From an uncultured Flavobacteriales bacterium (GTDB taxonomy: Bacteria > Bacteroidota > Bacteroidia > Flavobacteriales > UBA7430): a stretch of DNA of 64,000 nucleotides. The notes under the pieces were generated by a model, which was not told the origin of the DNA, ran no database searches, and saw only the letters and a program-made list of their open reading frames with translations. Positions 19,201-29,045 of this stretch are shown piece by piece; the stretch's first letter is position 1, and every line of letters starts with the position of its first letter. The stretch is from positions 165,985-229,984 of the forward strand of contig CALSTU010000003.1 in the NCBI GenBank assembly GCA_943789355.1, in the 5' to 3' direction. The translations under genes and the position numbers were made by a program.

Positions 19201-20676
19201 ATGAAAAAAATACTAGTTGCAAATAGAGGAGAGATAGCTTTGCGTGTTATGCGTTCGGCAAAGGAGATGGGCGTTAAAACCGTTGCGATTTTCTCAGAGG
19301 TAGATCGATGTGCACCGCATGTCAAGTATGCAGATGAAGCTGTATGTATAGGTCCAGCTCCTTCTAGTGAATCCTACTTGCTAGGTTCTAAAATTATTTC
19401 TATAGCTCTAGATCTAAATGTTGATGGCATTCATCCGGGTTATGGTTTTCTCTCTGAGAATCCAGAATTTGCACAGTTGGTCCTCGAGGCGGGTATTGAA
19501 TTTATTGGCCCATCACCTGAAGCAATTGCTCTTATGGGTGATAAATTATCTGCGAAAGCCTTGGTGAAAGCTTACGACATACCCATGGTTCCTGGGACAG
19601 ATGAAGCTATCCAGAATGTTCCTGAAGCAAAAAAACGTGCCAAGGAAATAGGGTTCCCTATTTTAATCAAAGCTTCTGCTGGAGGAGGAGGGAAAGGTAT
19701 GCGAATTGTGAATCGCGAAGATGATTTTGAGATTCAAATGAAATTGGCCGTTAGTGAGGCCGTTTCAGCTTTTGGAAATGGCGCTGTTTTTATTGAAAAG
19801 TATATTGCATCACCACGTCACATAGAGATTCAAATTTTAGCCGATAAGCACGGAAATGTGGTTCACTTATTTGAACGTGAATGCTCCATTCAGCGCAGGC
19901 ATCAAAAGGTTGTGGAAGAAGCACCGTCTTCAGTACTCTCAGAAGATTTGCGTAACGAAATGGGACAATGTGCCATAAATGTTGCTAAATCATGCGGTTA
20001 TGTGGGTGCTGGAACCGTTGAGTTTTTACTTGATGAAGATAAAAAATTTTACTTTTTAGAGATGAATACCCGTTTACAAGTTGAACACCCCGTTACAGAA
20101 ATGATTACGGGTGTTGATTTGGTAAAGCAACAAATTCGTATTGGAAGGGGAGAGCGATTGGCTTTTAGTCAGAATGATTTAAAGATATCCGGTCATGCTA
20201 TAGAGGTGCGGGTATATGCTGAAGATCCGCATCATGATTTCATGCCCGATGTTGGGGTTTTAAAAAGTTACAAAAGACCCGGTGGCATTGGTGTTCGAGT
20301 TGATGATGGTTTTGAAGAGGGTATGGAGGTTCCGATACATTATGATCCAATGATTTCAAAATTAATTACCTACGGAGAGAATCGAAAGGAGTCTATTGAT
20401 AGAATGCGTCGCGCTATATCTGATTATCAGGTAGTTGGAGTATCTACAACGTTGCCTTTTGGAGCTTTTGTCATGGATCATCCCGCATTTGTTTCTGGTG
20501 ATTTTGATACACATTTCTTGAGTAAGTATTTTACGGGGAAATCAATTCCCTCCGCATCTAAAGAAGAGAAAGAAGTTGCTGCATGGTTTGCTGCGAAATT
20601 AATAAATGATCATAGCACTGCTTCGATGATTGTAAATGCATCCGTAGAATCTCAATGGAGAAAAAATAGAAAGTAA
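19201..20676 (+). CDS. accC: biotin carboxylase subunit of acetyl/acyl-CoA carboxylase
   Basis: MKKILVANRGEIA, ATP-grasp GGGGKGM, EMNTRLQVEHPVTE. 491 aa. No accB or carboxyltransferase gene is adjacent. Confidence 0.85.
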   Translation: MKKILVANRGEIALRVMRSAKEMGVKTVAIFSEVDRCAPHVKYADEAVCIGPAPSSESYLLGSKIISIALDLNVDGIHPGYGFLSENPEFAQLVLEAGIEFIGPSPEAIALMGDKLSAKALVKAYDIPMVPGTDEAIQNVPEAKKRAKEIGFPILIKASAGGGGKGMRIVNREDDFEIQMKLAVSEAVSAFGNGAVFIEKYIASPRHIEIQILADKHGNVVHLFERECSIQRRHQKVVEEAPSSVLSEDLRNEMGQCAINVAKSCGYVGAGTVEFLLDEDKKFYFLEMNTRLQVEHPVTEMITGVDLVKQQIRIGRGERLAFSQNDLKISGHAIEVRVYAEDPHHDFMPDVGVLKSYKRPGGIGVRVDDGFEEGMEVPIHYDPMISKLITYGENRKESIDRMRRAISDYQVVGVSTTLPFGAFVMDHPAFVSGDFDTHFLSKYFTGKSIPSASKEEKEVAAWFAAKLINDHSTASMIVNASVESQWRKNRK

Positions 20677-21146
20677 TGGCTAAGAAAATAAAAAATCAAT
20701 CCATTTCCATATCCAATCGAAAAGCAAGATTTGAATATGAATTGTTGGATGTATTTACTGCGGGTATGCAGTTGCAAGGAACAGAGATTAAATCATTACG
20801 AGAAGGTAATGCTAATTTGGCTGAGGCTTTTTGCTATGTGCAAGATCAAGAGGTTTGGGTCACGGGTCTGTACATTGCAGAGTATAGTTATGGTTCTTAC
20901 ATGAATCATGAACCCAAACGTATTAGAAAACTTTTATTGAATAAGAAAGAAATCTCGAAAATAGAATCATCATTACAAGATGTGGGTGTAACACTTGTTC
21001 CGTTGAAGTTATACATCAATGCAAAAGGATGGGCGAAAATTGAAATTTCACTGGGTAGAGGGAAGAAGTTACACGATAAGAGGGAAGATCTCAAGCAGAA
21101 GGATGATCAGCGACAAATGGATCGTGCATTAAAGCAATACAAGTAA
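20676..21146 (+). CDS. smpB: SsrA-binding protein
   Basis: 156 aa with NRKARFEYELLD...GTEIKSLR. TAATG overlap with accC. Confidence 0.92.
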   Translation: MAKKIKNQSISISNRKARFEYELLDVFTAGMQLQGTEIKSLREGNANLAEAFCYVQDQEVWVTGLYIAEYSYGSYMNHEPKRIRKLLLNKKEISKIESSLQDVGVTLVPLKLYINAKGWAKIEISLGRGKKLHDKREDLKQKDDQRQMDRALKQYK

Positions 21147-21157
21147 AGTAAAGACAT

Positions 21158-21188
21158 AAAAAAAAGGGAGCCAAGCTCCCTTTTTTTT
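21158..21188. terminator. bidirectional intrinsic terminator (smpB / porin)
   Basis: A8-GGGAGC-caa-GCTCCC-T8. Confidence 0.8.
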
Positions 21189-21210
21189 ATGTTGTAACAA
21201 TCGGTATTGA

Positions 21211-21876
21211 TTATAGTGAGAAACCAAAGGTTAGGAATACGTTTCCAGCATCTGGGTTAACAATCAATGAAGAGTTTACTGGTAAACTGTAAGTGCTGCT
21301 CAATTGAATGTCTCTTTCTAAGCTGATTCCAACGTTTACAAGGCCATCACCATCTGTTCCGTAGAATCCGTCATCGTCACCCATTACACCACCTACAAAT
21401 AATGAGAACTGGTCTGCAGCATAGCTCGCTTCAATGTAGGTTTCTCCTTCGTTAGTTCCGCCAACATTGCTAGCCGCCATTAATGATATGGCATCTGTTA
21501 CAGCTACGCTTACTGCAGCTTCATACAGGTGACCTGTGTGGTCAGCATCAAGATCTAAGTAATCTTGACCAGCTTGACCAGCGTTAGGGAAGTAGTAATC
21601 CGTAACCGATACAGAAATTGCATCTGTTATTGCGTAAGAAATGTAAAGATCCACTTCTTGAGCGCTGTTGGTACCACCTAAAGAGTAAGCACTCCATGCA
21701 CCTACGGCCAATTTACCGTTTGTGTATTCAACGCTTGGTTGTAAGCTTGCGCTTTCACCACCTAATTGCGCTCCTCTCCATACGTAACGAGATTGAACGT
21801 CTGCTCCAAAACTAAAGTCTTGTGCATTCACACCAAAAGTGCAAGCTAAGAACAAAAATAGAATTGTCTTTTTCAT
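21211..21876 (-). CDS. TorF-family putative outer-membrane beta-barrel porin
   Basis: Signal peptide MKKTILFLFLACTFGVNAQ from the ATG at 21876. SRYVWRG...LQPSVEY...GAWSAY and alternating beta-strand pattern, ending in F-x-F-S-L. Confidence 0.55.
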   Translation of the reverse strand: MKKTILFLFLACTFGVNAQDFSFGADVQSRYVWRGAQLGGESASLQPSVEYTNGKLAVGAWSAYSLGGTNSAQEVDLYISYAITDAISVSVTDYYFPNAGQAGQDYLDLDADHTGHLYEAAVSVAVTDAISLMAASNVGGTNEGETYIEASYAADQFSLFVGGVMGDDDGFYGTDGDGLVNVGISLERDIQLSSTYSLPVNSSLIVNPDAGNVFLTFGFSL

Positions 21877-22123
21877 GATAAATGAATTTAAGTTAAAGTT
21901 TGTTTTTTTTGCTGATGACAATTTCAGTAAAATTTGTGGTCGTAGTCGTGCAAACGATTCACCTTATCAACATTTTGGTGTTGAAAAGGGTGTTTTGGTT
22001 AGTTGTAGTAAGGTTTTAAGGGTATGTTAGCAACCCTTTAGTCGAGGTGATTATACAGGCGTTTATGACTATTTGTTCTGTTTTGTTAATTTGAAAATTA
22101 CTGAATTTTGTCAAATACGCTAC

Positions 22124-22783
22124 TCACTGTTTGTTTTTTAGCATGGGAACAAAGCGAAAATGGCGCTGATTAAAGTTGTCAAATTCCACTTTTTCGAACT
22201 CTTTTTCATTGGTTTTTACAACGAGTGTCATTATTTGTTCTTCGGAACCCAAAGGAATCATCATCAGACCTCCTATCGTTAGTTGTTTAAACAGTTCTTG
22301 GGGGATTTCGGGAGCGCCCGCTGTTACAATGATTTTATCAAAGGGTGCTTTAGCTGGGAGACCAAGATATCCGTCGCCATAATGTAAGTGGGCTTTAATT
22401 CTCATTTTATTGAGAATTAATTTTGCTTTGTGATGCAGAGCGTGTTGCCTCTCGATAGAATAGACGCTTGCTCCTAAGTGATAGAGTACAGCTGTTTGGT
22501 AGCCACACCCAGTACCAATTTCAAGAATCTTATCACCTATTTTGATATCCAGCATTTCAGATTGAAACGCAACCGTATAAGGATGGGATATCGTTTGTTC
22601 CTCACCAATAGGGAAAGCTTTATTTTGATACGCAAAGTCTTCGAAAGAAGAGTCTAGGAAGAAGTGACGAGGCACTTTAAGCATCGCGCCCAATACTTTT
22701 TTTGATTCAACACCCATGGTGCTTAGCTCTTGTATGAGTTTTTTTCTTCTGCCTTGGAGCCTTATGCTGTCTGATAAATTCAT
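22124..22783 (-). CDS. pcm: protein-L-isoaspartate O-methyltransferase
   Basis: ISHPYTVA and the SAM motif LEIGTGCGYQTAVL. Confidence 0.9.
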   Translation of the reverse strand: MNLSDSIRLQGRRKKLIQELSTMGVESKKVLGAMLKVPRHFFLDSSFEDFAYQNKAFPIGEEQTISHPYTVAFQSEMLDIKIGDKILEIGTGCGYQTAVLYHLGASVYSIERQHALHHKAKLILNKMRIKAHLHYGDGYLGLPAKAPFDKIIVTAGAPEIPQELFKQLTIGGLMMIPLGSEEQIMTLVVKTNEKEFEKVEFDNFNQRHFRFVPMLKNKQ

Positions 22784-22973
22784 CTTGGCGAATCTATTAA
22801 AATGTATCTTGTGAACAAAAATAAAACAGAGCTTTATCGTCAGTCGGTTTTTTTAGTCATCTGCATTTCTTGGGAGTTTTTTAAGCGTCAATTTTTATAC
22901 GATGTAGATTTATCAGTTCGTGGTTTTGCTAGATAAGGTTCCTAAAACGAAAGGCGTTGCCATTGGAATTGCA

Positions 22974-22981
22974 TACATTTG
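22974..22981 (+). promoter_or_regulatory. -7 box TACATTTG upstream of the lipoprotein/sugar-transferase genes
   Basis: Exact TAnnTTTG, 40-90 nt before the candidate starts. Confidence 0.35.
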
Positions 22982-23063
22982 TTATCATCTACAATATGTA
23001 GTTTTCGATAACGTTAGTTGAGTGTTGCGATTTACACGGGTGTACAATATGTCATTGATAATA

Positions 23064-23999
23064 ATGAGAGAATGGTTTAAATATTTTGTAAGAACTAAAG
23101 CCATGTTGGCTTTCACCTTGATGCTTTTGATTTTTAGCAACTGCTCAAAAGAGCAGTTTAATGCAGAACGGCCTTCTTATTTACATATTTCTTCAATCAA
23201 TCTTCAAACAGAAGTTTTTCAAGGAACTGACTCTCATAAGATAACGGATGCTTGGGTTAATATGGATGGACAATTTTTGGGGGTGTTTGAACTTCCGGCG
23301 ACGATTCCTATTTTAGCTGAGGGTTTTCATGATTTCACTATTTATCCGGGAATTAAGGCTAATGGTATTTCTGCGACTCGTATTCGCAATCCTTTTTTAG
23401 GAGTTTGTGTGTTAAATTCTATCGAACCAAATACGCCCTCCTTGGATACAAATCGTATTCATCTATACAGAGACCAGGTTGTATCGGTAAATGCCACGAC
23501 ATATTATTCTGCGGAAACTGAATTTTTGATGATTGAGGACTATGAAGATGATGAAGCAGCTTTGGTGCTTTCTCTTGGGGAAGACTCCAGCGATGTAATG
23601 ATAAATTCAGAGGTTTTTTTAGAAGGTGATAATTCGAGTTTGGTAGTGACTTTAGATGCAGAAAATCCCTTTTTCGAAATGCTTAGCTCTGAGTTGGTGT
23701 CCTTAGATAAACTATACAAACCAACCATGTTGGAGTTGAATTATAGATGCGATCAGTCTTTTAAAGTTGGACTCGTTGTCAAATCTCCAGCATCTGATTT
23801 TCTGAGAAGATATGAATCCCTTCAAGTTAACCCCAGTATTGATTGGAATAAAATTTATGTTCACATGACGAACCAAGTGGTTTTAGCGAATTCATCAGAT
23901 GAATTTGGGATTTATATAAGAGCACATATGTCTGATACTTCAGAAACAGCATCTTTTCATTTTGACAATATTAAATGGCTTCACATAAATAATGAATAA
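23064..23999 (+). CDS. hypothetical lipoprotein, unknown function
   Basis: Candidate signal MREWFKYFVRTKAMLAFTLMLLIFSNC. The start is ambiguous (GTG 23022, ATG 23049, 23064, 23103). 8-nt overlap with the downstream sugar transferase. I recognise no family motif. Confidence 0.5.
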   Translation: MREWFKYFVRTKAMLAFTLMLLIFSNCSKEQFNAERPSYLHISSINLQTEVFQGTDSHKITDAWVNMDGQFLGVFELPATIPILAEGFHDFTIYPGIKANGISATRIRNPFLGVCVLNSIEPNTPSLDTNRIHLYRDQVVSVNATTYYSAETEFLMIEDYEDDEAALVLSLGEDSSDVMINSEVFLEGDNSSLVVTLDAENPFFEMLSSELVSLDKLYKPTMLELNYRCDQSFKVGLVVKSPASDFLRRYESLQVNPSIDWNKIYVHMTNQVVLANSSDEFGIYIRAHMSDTSETASFHFDNIKWLHINNE

Positions 24000-25410
24000 A
24001 AAAATACAAGTTTTAAAGTACTTGATGGTAGATGCTTGTGCATCTGCCTTAGCTTGGTGCTTGTTTTATGCATACAGGAAAATTGTGTTTGAGTCCCAGG
24101 ATTTTTACTTGGAGGATACGATTCTTAATGATGATCGGTTTAGATTAGGGGTTGTTACGATAACAATCTTTTGGGTTTTACTGTATGTGTTTATGGGGCA
24201 ATACAAGGATATTTATCGCAGGTCTAGACTCACTGAAATTAGTAAAACTTTCGTGCAAACTTTCGCGGGAGTTTTGGTGGTTTTCTTTGTTGCTTTATTG
24301 GATGATGTGATTCCTACCTATAGGAATTATTACACGGCAATATTATCGTTGTTTGCCCTTCATTTTACGATTACTTCTGTATTTAGGTTGGTCATTACGA
24401 CACATACAATTCGAAGAATCCACCGACGAGAGATTGGTTTTAAAACATTAATTGTTGGAGGTGGAGATAGTGCTGTGTCTATGTACAACAATCTTACAAA
24501 AAGTTTCAAGTCGGGCGGTAATTTAATCGTTGGGTTCGCAAATGGTATGGATGTTGATGGTCATAAACTAAAATTACACACGCCTTATTTGGGTTCATAC
24601 AAAGATCTTCGTGTTATTATAGATGCGCATGAAATCGAAGAGGTTCTGATTGCCATCGAGCGTTCTGAACAAAACCATATATTGGAAGAAATCATTAATG
24701 ACTTAGAGGATATGGATGTCTTAATTAAGGTCAAACCAAATAATTATGACATCCTAGCTGGTAAGGTTAAAATGAAATCAATGTTTGAAGTCCCTCTTGT
24801 AGAAATTAAGCACCAATTCATGTCTTTGTGGCAACTGACGCTCAAGAGATTTATTGATGTGTTGATTTCTCTGATAGCTCTTTTTCTTTTGACGCCTTTT
24901 TATTTATTGATTATTGTGCTCATAAAAATTGATTCTCAGGGTCCTGTATTCTTTTATCAAGAACGTGTCGGAATCAATGGTAAATTATTTAATATCATCA
25001 AGTTTAGATCGATGTTTGTAGATGCAGAAAAGCAAGGACCACAATTGTCGGGAGATGGAGATTCAAGAGTAACAAAATTAGGGAGATTCATGCGCCGTTA
25101 TAGAATTGACGAACTGCCTCAGTTTTTCAATGTCTTACTTGGCGATATGTCGATGGTTGGTCCTCGCCCAGAAAGAGTATTTTATGCGAATCAAATTCTT
25201 AATCGGGCTGCTCACTATAAGCATATTCGTAAAGTAAAACCTGGCATTACATCATGGGGTATGGTTCGGTATGGTTATGCGAGTAGCGTAGATGAAATGA
25301 TTGAACGTTTGCGATATGACATCATTTATATAGAAAACATGTCTATATTTAATGATATGAAAGTTTTGATTTACACCTTTAAAATAGTCTTTCAAGGAAG
25401 AGGAAAATAA
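23992..25410 (+). CDS. polyprenyl-phosphate glycosylphosphotransferase (WbaP/EpsB-type priming sugar transferase)
   Basis: N-terminal TM helices, central Rossmann-like region, and a C-terminal bacterial sugar transferase domain (KRFIDV...FKFRSM...DELPQFFNVLLGDMSMVGPRPE). Confidence 0.85.
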   Translation: MNKKIQVLKYLMVDACASALAWCLFYAYRKIVFESQDFYLEDTILNDDRFRLGVVTITIFWVLLYVFMGQYKDIYRRSRLTEISKTFVQTFAGVLVVFFVALLDDVIPTYRNYYTAILSLFALHFTITSVFRLVITTHTIRRIHRREIGFKTLIVGGGDSAVSMYNNLTKSFKSGGNLIVGFANGMDVDGHKLKLHTPYLGSYKDLRVIIDAHEIEEVLIAIERSEQNHILEEIINDLEDMDVLIKVKPNNYDILAGKVKMKSMFEVPLVEIKHQFMSLWQLTLKRFIDVLISLIALFLLTPFYLLIIVLIKIDSQGPVFFYQERVGINGKLFNIIKFRSMFVDAEKQGPQLSGDGDSRVTKLGRFMRRYRIDELPQFFNVLLGDMSMVGPRPERVFYANQILNRAAHYKHIRKVKPGITSWGMVRYGYASSVDEMIERLRYDIIYIENMSIFNDMKVLIYTFKIVFQGRGK

Positions 25411-25411
25411 T

Positions 25412-26305
25412 ATGATGAAAAAGATTGCTATAATTGGTGCGGGAACCATGGGAAATGGAATTGCACATGCTTTCGCTCAAAATGGTTGTCAAGTATCCTT
25501 GATTGATGTTTCTGAGGATTCTCTTAAATGTGGGCTGAAAACCATTGAGAAGAATTTAAATCGAATGGTTGATCGCGAAAAGATAAGTGTCGAAGCGATG
25601 CAATCTACATTAGCGAATATATCAACATTTGATAGCCTCGACATGGGTGTGGTTGGTGTAGATTTGGTCATTGAAGCAGCCACTGAAGACATAGGCGTTA
25701 AAAGGAGGCTTTTTTCTCAATTGGATGAAGTATGTGAGGATCACGTTATTTTGGCTTCCAATACCTCATCGATATCCATTACAAAAATTGCAGCTGCAAC
25801 GAATCGTGCTGGACAAGTGATTGGAATGCATTTTATGAATCCTGTGCCCGTAATGAAACTGGTTGAAGTAATTCGGGGTTACGAAACGACTGATGAGGTT
25901 GCTGAAAAGGTGATGAAATGCGCTGAAGATTTACAAAAAACACCTGTTGAAGTTCAGGATTATCCCGGTTTTGTTGCCAATCGTATTCTAATGCCCATGA
26001 TAAATGAGGCCATTTATACTTTACACGAAGGAGTAGCAGGCGTATCAGAAATCGATTCTGTAATGCAATTAGGAATGTCTCATCCAATGGGGCCTCTGCA
26101 TCTTGCAGACTTTATAGGTTTAGATGTATGCCTTTCTATTCTTCAGGTACTCCAAGAGGGTTTTGGACAAGCCAAATACGCTCCTTGTGCTTTGTTGGTT
26201 AATATGGTTGCCGCCGGTAAGTTGGGTGTTAAAGCTGGAGAAGGGTTTTATGATTATGCAGAGGGCGTAAAATCCAAAAGCCCTGCAAATCAATTTTTGA
26301 AATAA
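25412..26305 (+). CDS. hbd: 3-hydroxybutyryl-CoA / 3-hydroxyacyl-CoA dehydrogenase
   Basis: IAIIGAGTMGNGIAH NAD motif, SNTSS, and GFVANRIL. Confidence 0.88.
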   Translation: MMKKIAIIGAGTMGNGIAHAFAQNGCQVSLIDVSEDSLKCGLKTIEKNLNRMVDREKISVEAMQSTLANISTFDSLDMGVVGVDLVIEAATEDIGVKRRLFSQLDEVCEDHVILASNTSSISITKIAAATNRAGQVIGMHFMNPVPVMKLVEVIRGYETTDEVAEKVMKCAEDLQKTPVEVQDYPGFVANRILMPMINEAIYTLHEGVAGVSEIDSVMQLGMSHPMGPLHLADFIGLDVCLSILQVLQEGFGQAKYAPCALLVNMVAAGKLGVKAGEGFYDYAEGVKSKSPANQFLK

Positions 26306-26340
26306 TTATTGAGCTCCTTTCAACAGCACTTTTTTATCCA

Positions 26341-26348
26341 TAAATTTG
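26341..26348 (+). promoter_or_regulatory. -7 box TAAATTTG upstream of the SCO-family gene
   Basis: Exact TAnnTTTG, 14 nt before the ATG. Confidence 0.35.
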
Positions 26349-26361
26349 TGAAAAATGACTT

Positions 26362-27030
26362 ATGAGCTCAGTACCTAGATTAAAAATTAGAATGTTGATT
26401 GTATCCTTCATCATCTCAATCGGCTTTTTATTTGTTTATCCTCAGTTGAAAAAGGATCCAAAATTAAAAATTTACCAGCCGGCAGATGTCAACCCTAAAT
26501 TGGTTGATGAATCCGTTGAGTTGAATAACAAAGGTCATCGTGTCTCTGAATTTGAATTGTACAGCCAAAATGGTGATACGTTTCGACTTGATGATGTTGA
26601 TGGTAAAATATACGTCACTGATTTCTTTTTCACTACATGTGGTAACATTTGTCCGAAAATGACAACTCAAATGAAAGGATTACACGATTATTACATGGAT
26701 GATGAAGATGTTATGTTTGTTTCTCATACCGTCTATCCTGAAATGGATTCTATTGAGGTTTTAAAAGCTTATGCAGACAAGTACGAGATTGATTCTGATA
26801 AGTGGGTGCTACTCACGGGTTCTAAAAAAGAGATTTATTCACTTGCACGAAAATCATATTTTGCTGTGCTGACTGAGGGTGATGGTGGGGAAAGAGATTT
26901 TGTGCACACGGAAAATTTTATGTTGATGGATAAGCAACAAAGAATTCGGGGTTACTATGATGGCACACTCGTTAATGAAATGGAGCGACTCAAAAATGAC
27001 ATTGAGATTTTACGCAAAGAATATCAGTAA
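26362..27030 (+). CDS. SCO1/SenC-family copper chaperone / thioredoxin-fold protein
   Basis: N-terminal anchor helix and FFFTTCGNICP (CxxxC) motif. Confidence 0.8.
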   Translation: MSSVPRLKIRMLIVSFIISIGFLFVYPQLKKDPKLKIYQPADVNPKLVDESVELNNKGHRVSEFELYSQNGDTFRLDDVDGKIYVTDFFFTTCGNICPKMTTQMKGLHDYYMDDEDVMFVSHTVYPEMDSIEVLKAYADKYEIDSDKWVLLTGSKKEIYSLARKSYFAVLTEGDGGERDFVHTENFMLMDKQQRIRGYYDGTLVNEMERLKNDIEILRKEYQ

Positions 27031-27755
27031 GTATGCCATATTTTCCAAGCTTCTTCAGCTTGATGAATGAGCATGGATTTTCCGTTTAGAATATTTGCCC
27101 CTTTGTGTTTTCCTTTTTTCAAGAAAAGAGTTTCGGAAGGATTGTAGACCAAATCCATGAGTAAATGTTTGTCACCTATGAATTGATAAGGGATGTCAGG
27201 GCATTGGTCTATATTTGGACTTGTTCCTAGTGGTGTGGTGTTGATGATGAGTAGGTGGTGTTTAATCACAAATTCATTAAGATCCTCATAGTTTAACTGA
27301 GTCCCTATAGGATTTCTAGATACACAGGTGCAAGAAACACCAATTTTCTCAAGAGCATACACAACCGCCTTGGAGGCCCCACCGGTACCCAGAATCAAAG
27401 CTTTCTCCATGGTGTTTTCAAGGAAGGGTTTCAAGGAATTGTGAAACCCGATGTAATCTGTGTTGTAGCCAACTAACTTGCCCTGGGTAAATTGGATGGT
27501 GTTTACAGCACCAATAGCTTTAACTTCTTCAGACAATTCATCCAGCATTGGAATGATCGATACCTTATAAGGGATGGTGACATTCATCCCATAAAAAGAA
27601 TGCTCTTTGATGAGTGTTTTGAATTCATCAACAGTTTCCAATGGAAAGTTGTTGTAAGAAGCATTTTTAATTTCTTCTTTTTCAAATTTTTCTTCAAAAA
27701 AAGATTTTGAAAAAGAGTGACCTAATGTCTTCCCGATGAGTCCAAATTTTTTCAT
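27024..27755 (-). CDS. aroE: shikimate 5-dehydrogenase
   Basis: NVTIPYK, GAVNT, GYNTD and GTGGASKAV motifs. ATGA overlap with the upstream DUF368 gene. Confidence 0.88.
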   Translation of the reverse strand: MKKFGLIGKTLGHSFSKSFFEEKFEKEEIKNASYNNFPLETVDEFKTLIKEHSFYGMNVTIPYKVSIIPMLDELSEEVKAIGAVNTIQFTQGKLVGYNTDYIGFHNSLKPFLENTMEKALILGTGGASKAVVYALEKIGVSCTCVSRNPIGTQLNYEDLNEFVIKHHLLIINTTPLGTSPNIDQCPDIPYQFIGDKHLLMDLVYNPSETLFLKKGKHKGANILNGKSMLIHQAEEAWKIWHTY

Positions 27756-28756
27756 TTGTTTTGTTTTTCAGCCAATTTTTCTACTGCCCAAATACAGGCC
27801 ACTCCTAAAATCATACAAACAAGTGTGGTTAAGGTGGTTTTATCGAGTTGTTCAGGGATAAACCTTTCATAACCAACAATCATTTCATTTCCATGGCGAT
27901 CCAGTATGTTAGGATCACGAACTTCATTCTTCCATGGCCATATAATTGCTAATGACCCAAAGACAAAACCCGTTAGGATTGAAATCGTACTGTTCTTATA
28001 CCGTTGGAAAATCCAAGCAATAACTTTGGAAAATACAAGCAAACCAAATACAGACCCTAGTAAAAAAATGCTAAAATGTATAAGACTTGTTACATGTTCT
28101 GTATTTTTCAGGAAAGAAAGATCTCCTGAGAGTATTGATTTGAGACTACTCGATAGCGTGTTGATGGAATCAACCATAAGAAGTTTGTAGTTCCCTAGCA
28201 GCATGAGGATGTAGGATCCGGATAAACCAGGTAATAGCATTCCACTGATGCCGATGATGCCGCAAAAAAATACGAAGAGGTAATTCCCATTGGCAGTTGG
28301 AGCTGGGTTGGTAAAGGAGATTAAAAGTGCGATGAGTGTTCCTAGTAAGAAAAAGCATCGGTTTACTACACTCCAGGATTCAACGGTTTTGCCTACGTAA
28401 TATACGGATGCCAGAACGAGACCAAAAAAGAAGGCCCATATTTGTGTTGGATGTTCCACTAGAAGATAAGCAAAAGCTTTTGCAAGACTAAAAATGCTTA
28501 GTAAGACTCCAAACATCAGTGCAAATAAAAATTTAGCGTTGATGTGATTTGATAATTCTTTGATATTGCCTTTTAGTAAGAGTTGTAAGGCTTTTTTGTC
28601 AAAGGACTTTAGAGCATTGATTAGATCTTCATAAATTCCTGTTACCAGTGCTATGGTCCCTCCAGAAACACCAGGAATGACATTAGCGGCGCCCATGGCA
28701 AACCCTTTTAAAATGACCCAAAGATTCACTAGTTCAAATCGCTTACGAGTTTTCAT
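27752..28756 (-). CDS. DUF368 membrane protein (PopT-type polyprenyl-phosphate transporter family)
   Basis: 334 aa polytopic protein with duplicated GVSGGT / GLSGSY motifs typical of DUF368. Confidence 0.75.
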   Translation of the reverse strand: MKTRKRFELVNLWVILKGFAMGAANVIPGVSGGTIALVTGIYEDLINALKSFDKKALQLLLKGNIKELSNHINAKFLFALMFGVLLSIFSLAKAFAYLLVEHPTQIWAFFFGLVLASVYYVGKTVESWSVVNRCFFLLGTLIALLISFTNPAPTANGNYLFVFFCGIIGISGMLLPGLSGSYILMLLGNYKLLMVDSINTLSSSLKSILSGDLSFLKNTEHVTSLIHFSIFLLGSVFGLLVFSKVIAWIFQRYKNSTISILTGFVFGSLAIIWPWKNEVRDPNILDRHGNEMIVGYERFIPEQLDKTTLTTLVCMILGVACIWAVEKLAEKQNK

Positions 28757-29045
28757 TTTTTATGTAGTCGCTGTAGCCTCCTTTTAAAAAATAGAGGTTG
28801 GTGAATTTGTATTTTTTCTCTAGCATGTATGTGATGGCTGTAGATCGTCGGCTAGTTCGACAGTATATAATCACAGGTTTATCTCGTGTAATACGATCTG
28901 TAGAGGCCATCATCTTGTCCAGAGGAATGTTTTCATTGCACAAAGCACCGTCCTCATATTCGTAGGGTTCTCGAATGTCTATGAGCTGAATATTTTCTTT
29001 ATTCTTCAACTTCTTTCTCAGCTCATTTGAATCAATAAACTTCAT
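28743..29045 (-). CDS. single-domain rhodanese (sulfurtransferase) with intact active-site Cys
   Basis: 100 aa with active-site loop IIYCRTSRRS. 1-nt and 14-nt overlaps with neighbours. Confidence 0.85.
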   Translation of the reverse strand: MKFIDSNELRKKLKNKENIQLIDIREPYEYEDGALCNENIPLDKMMASTDRITRDKPVIIYCRTSRRSTAITYMLEKKYKFTNLYFLKGGYSDYIKNENS

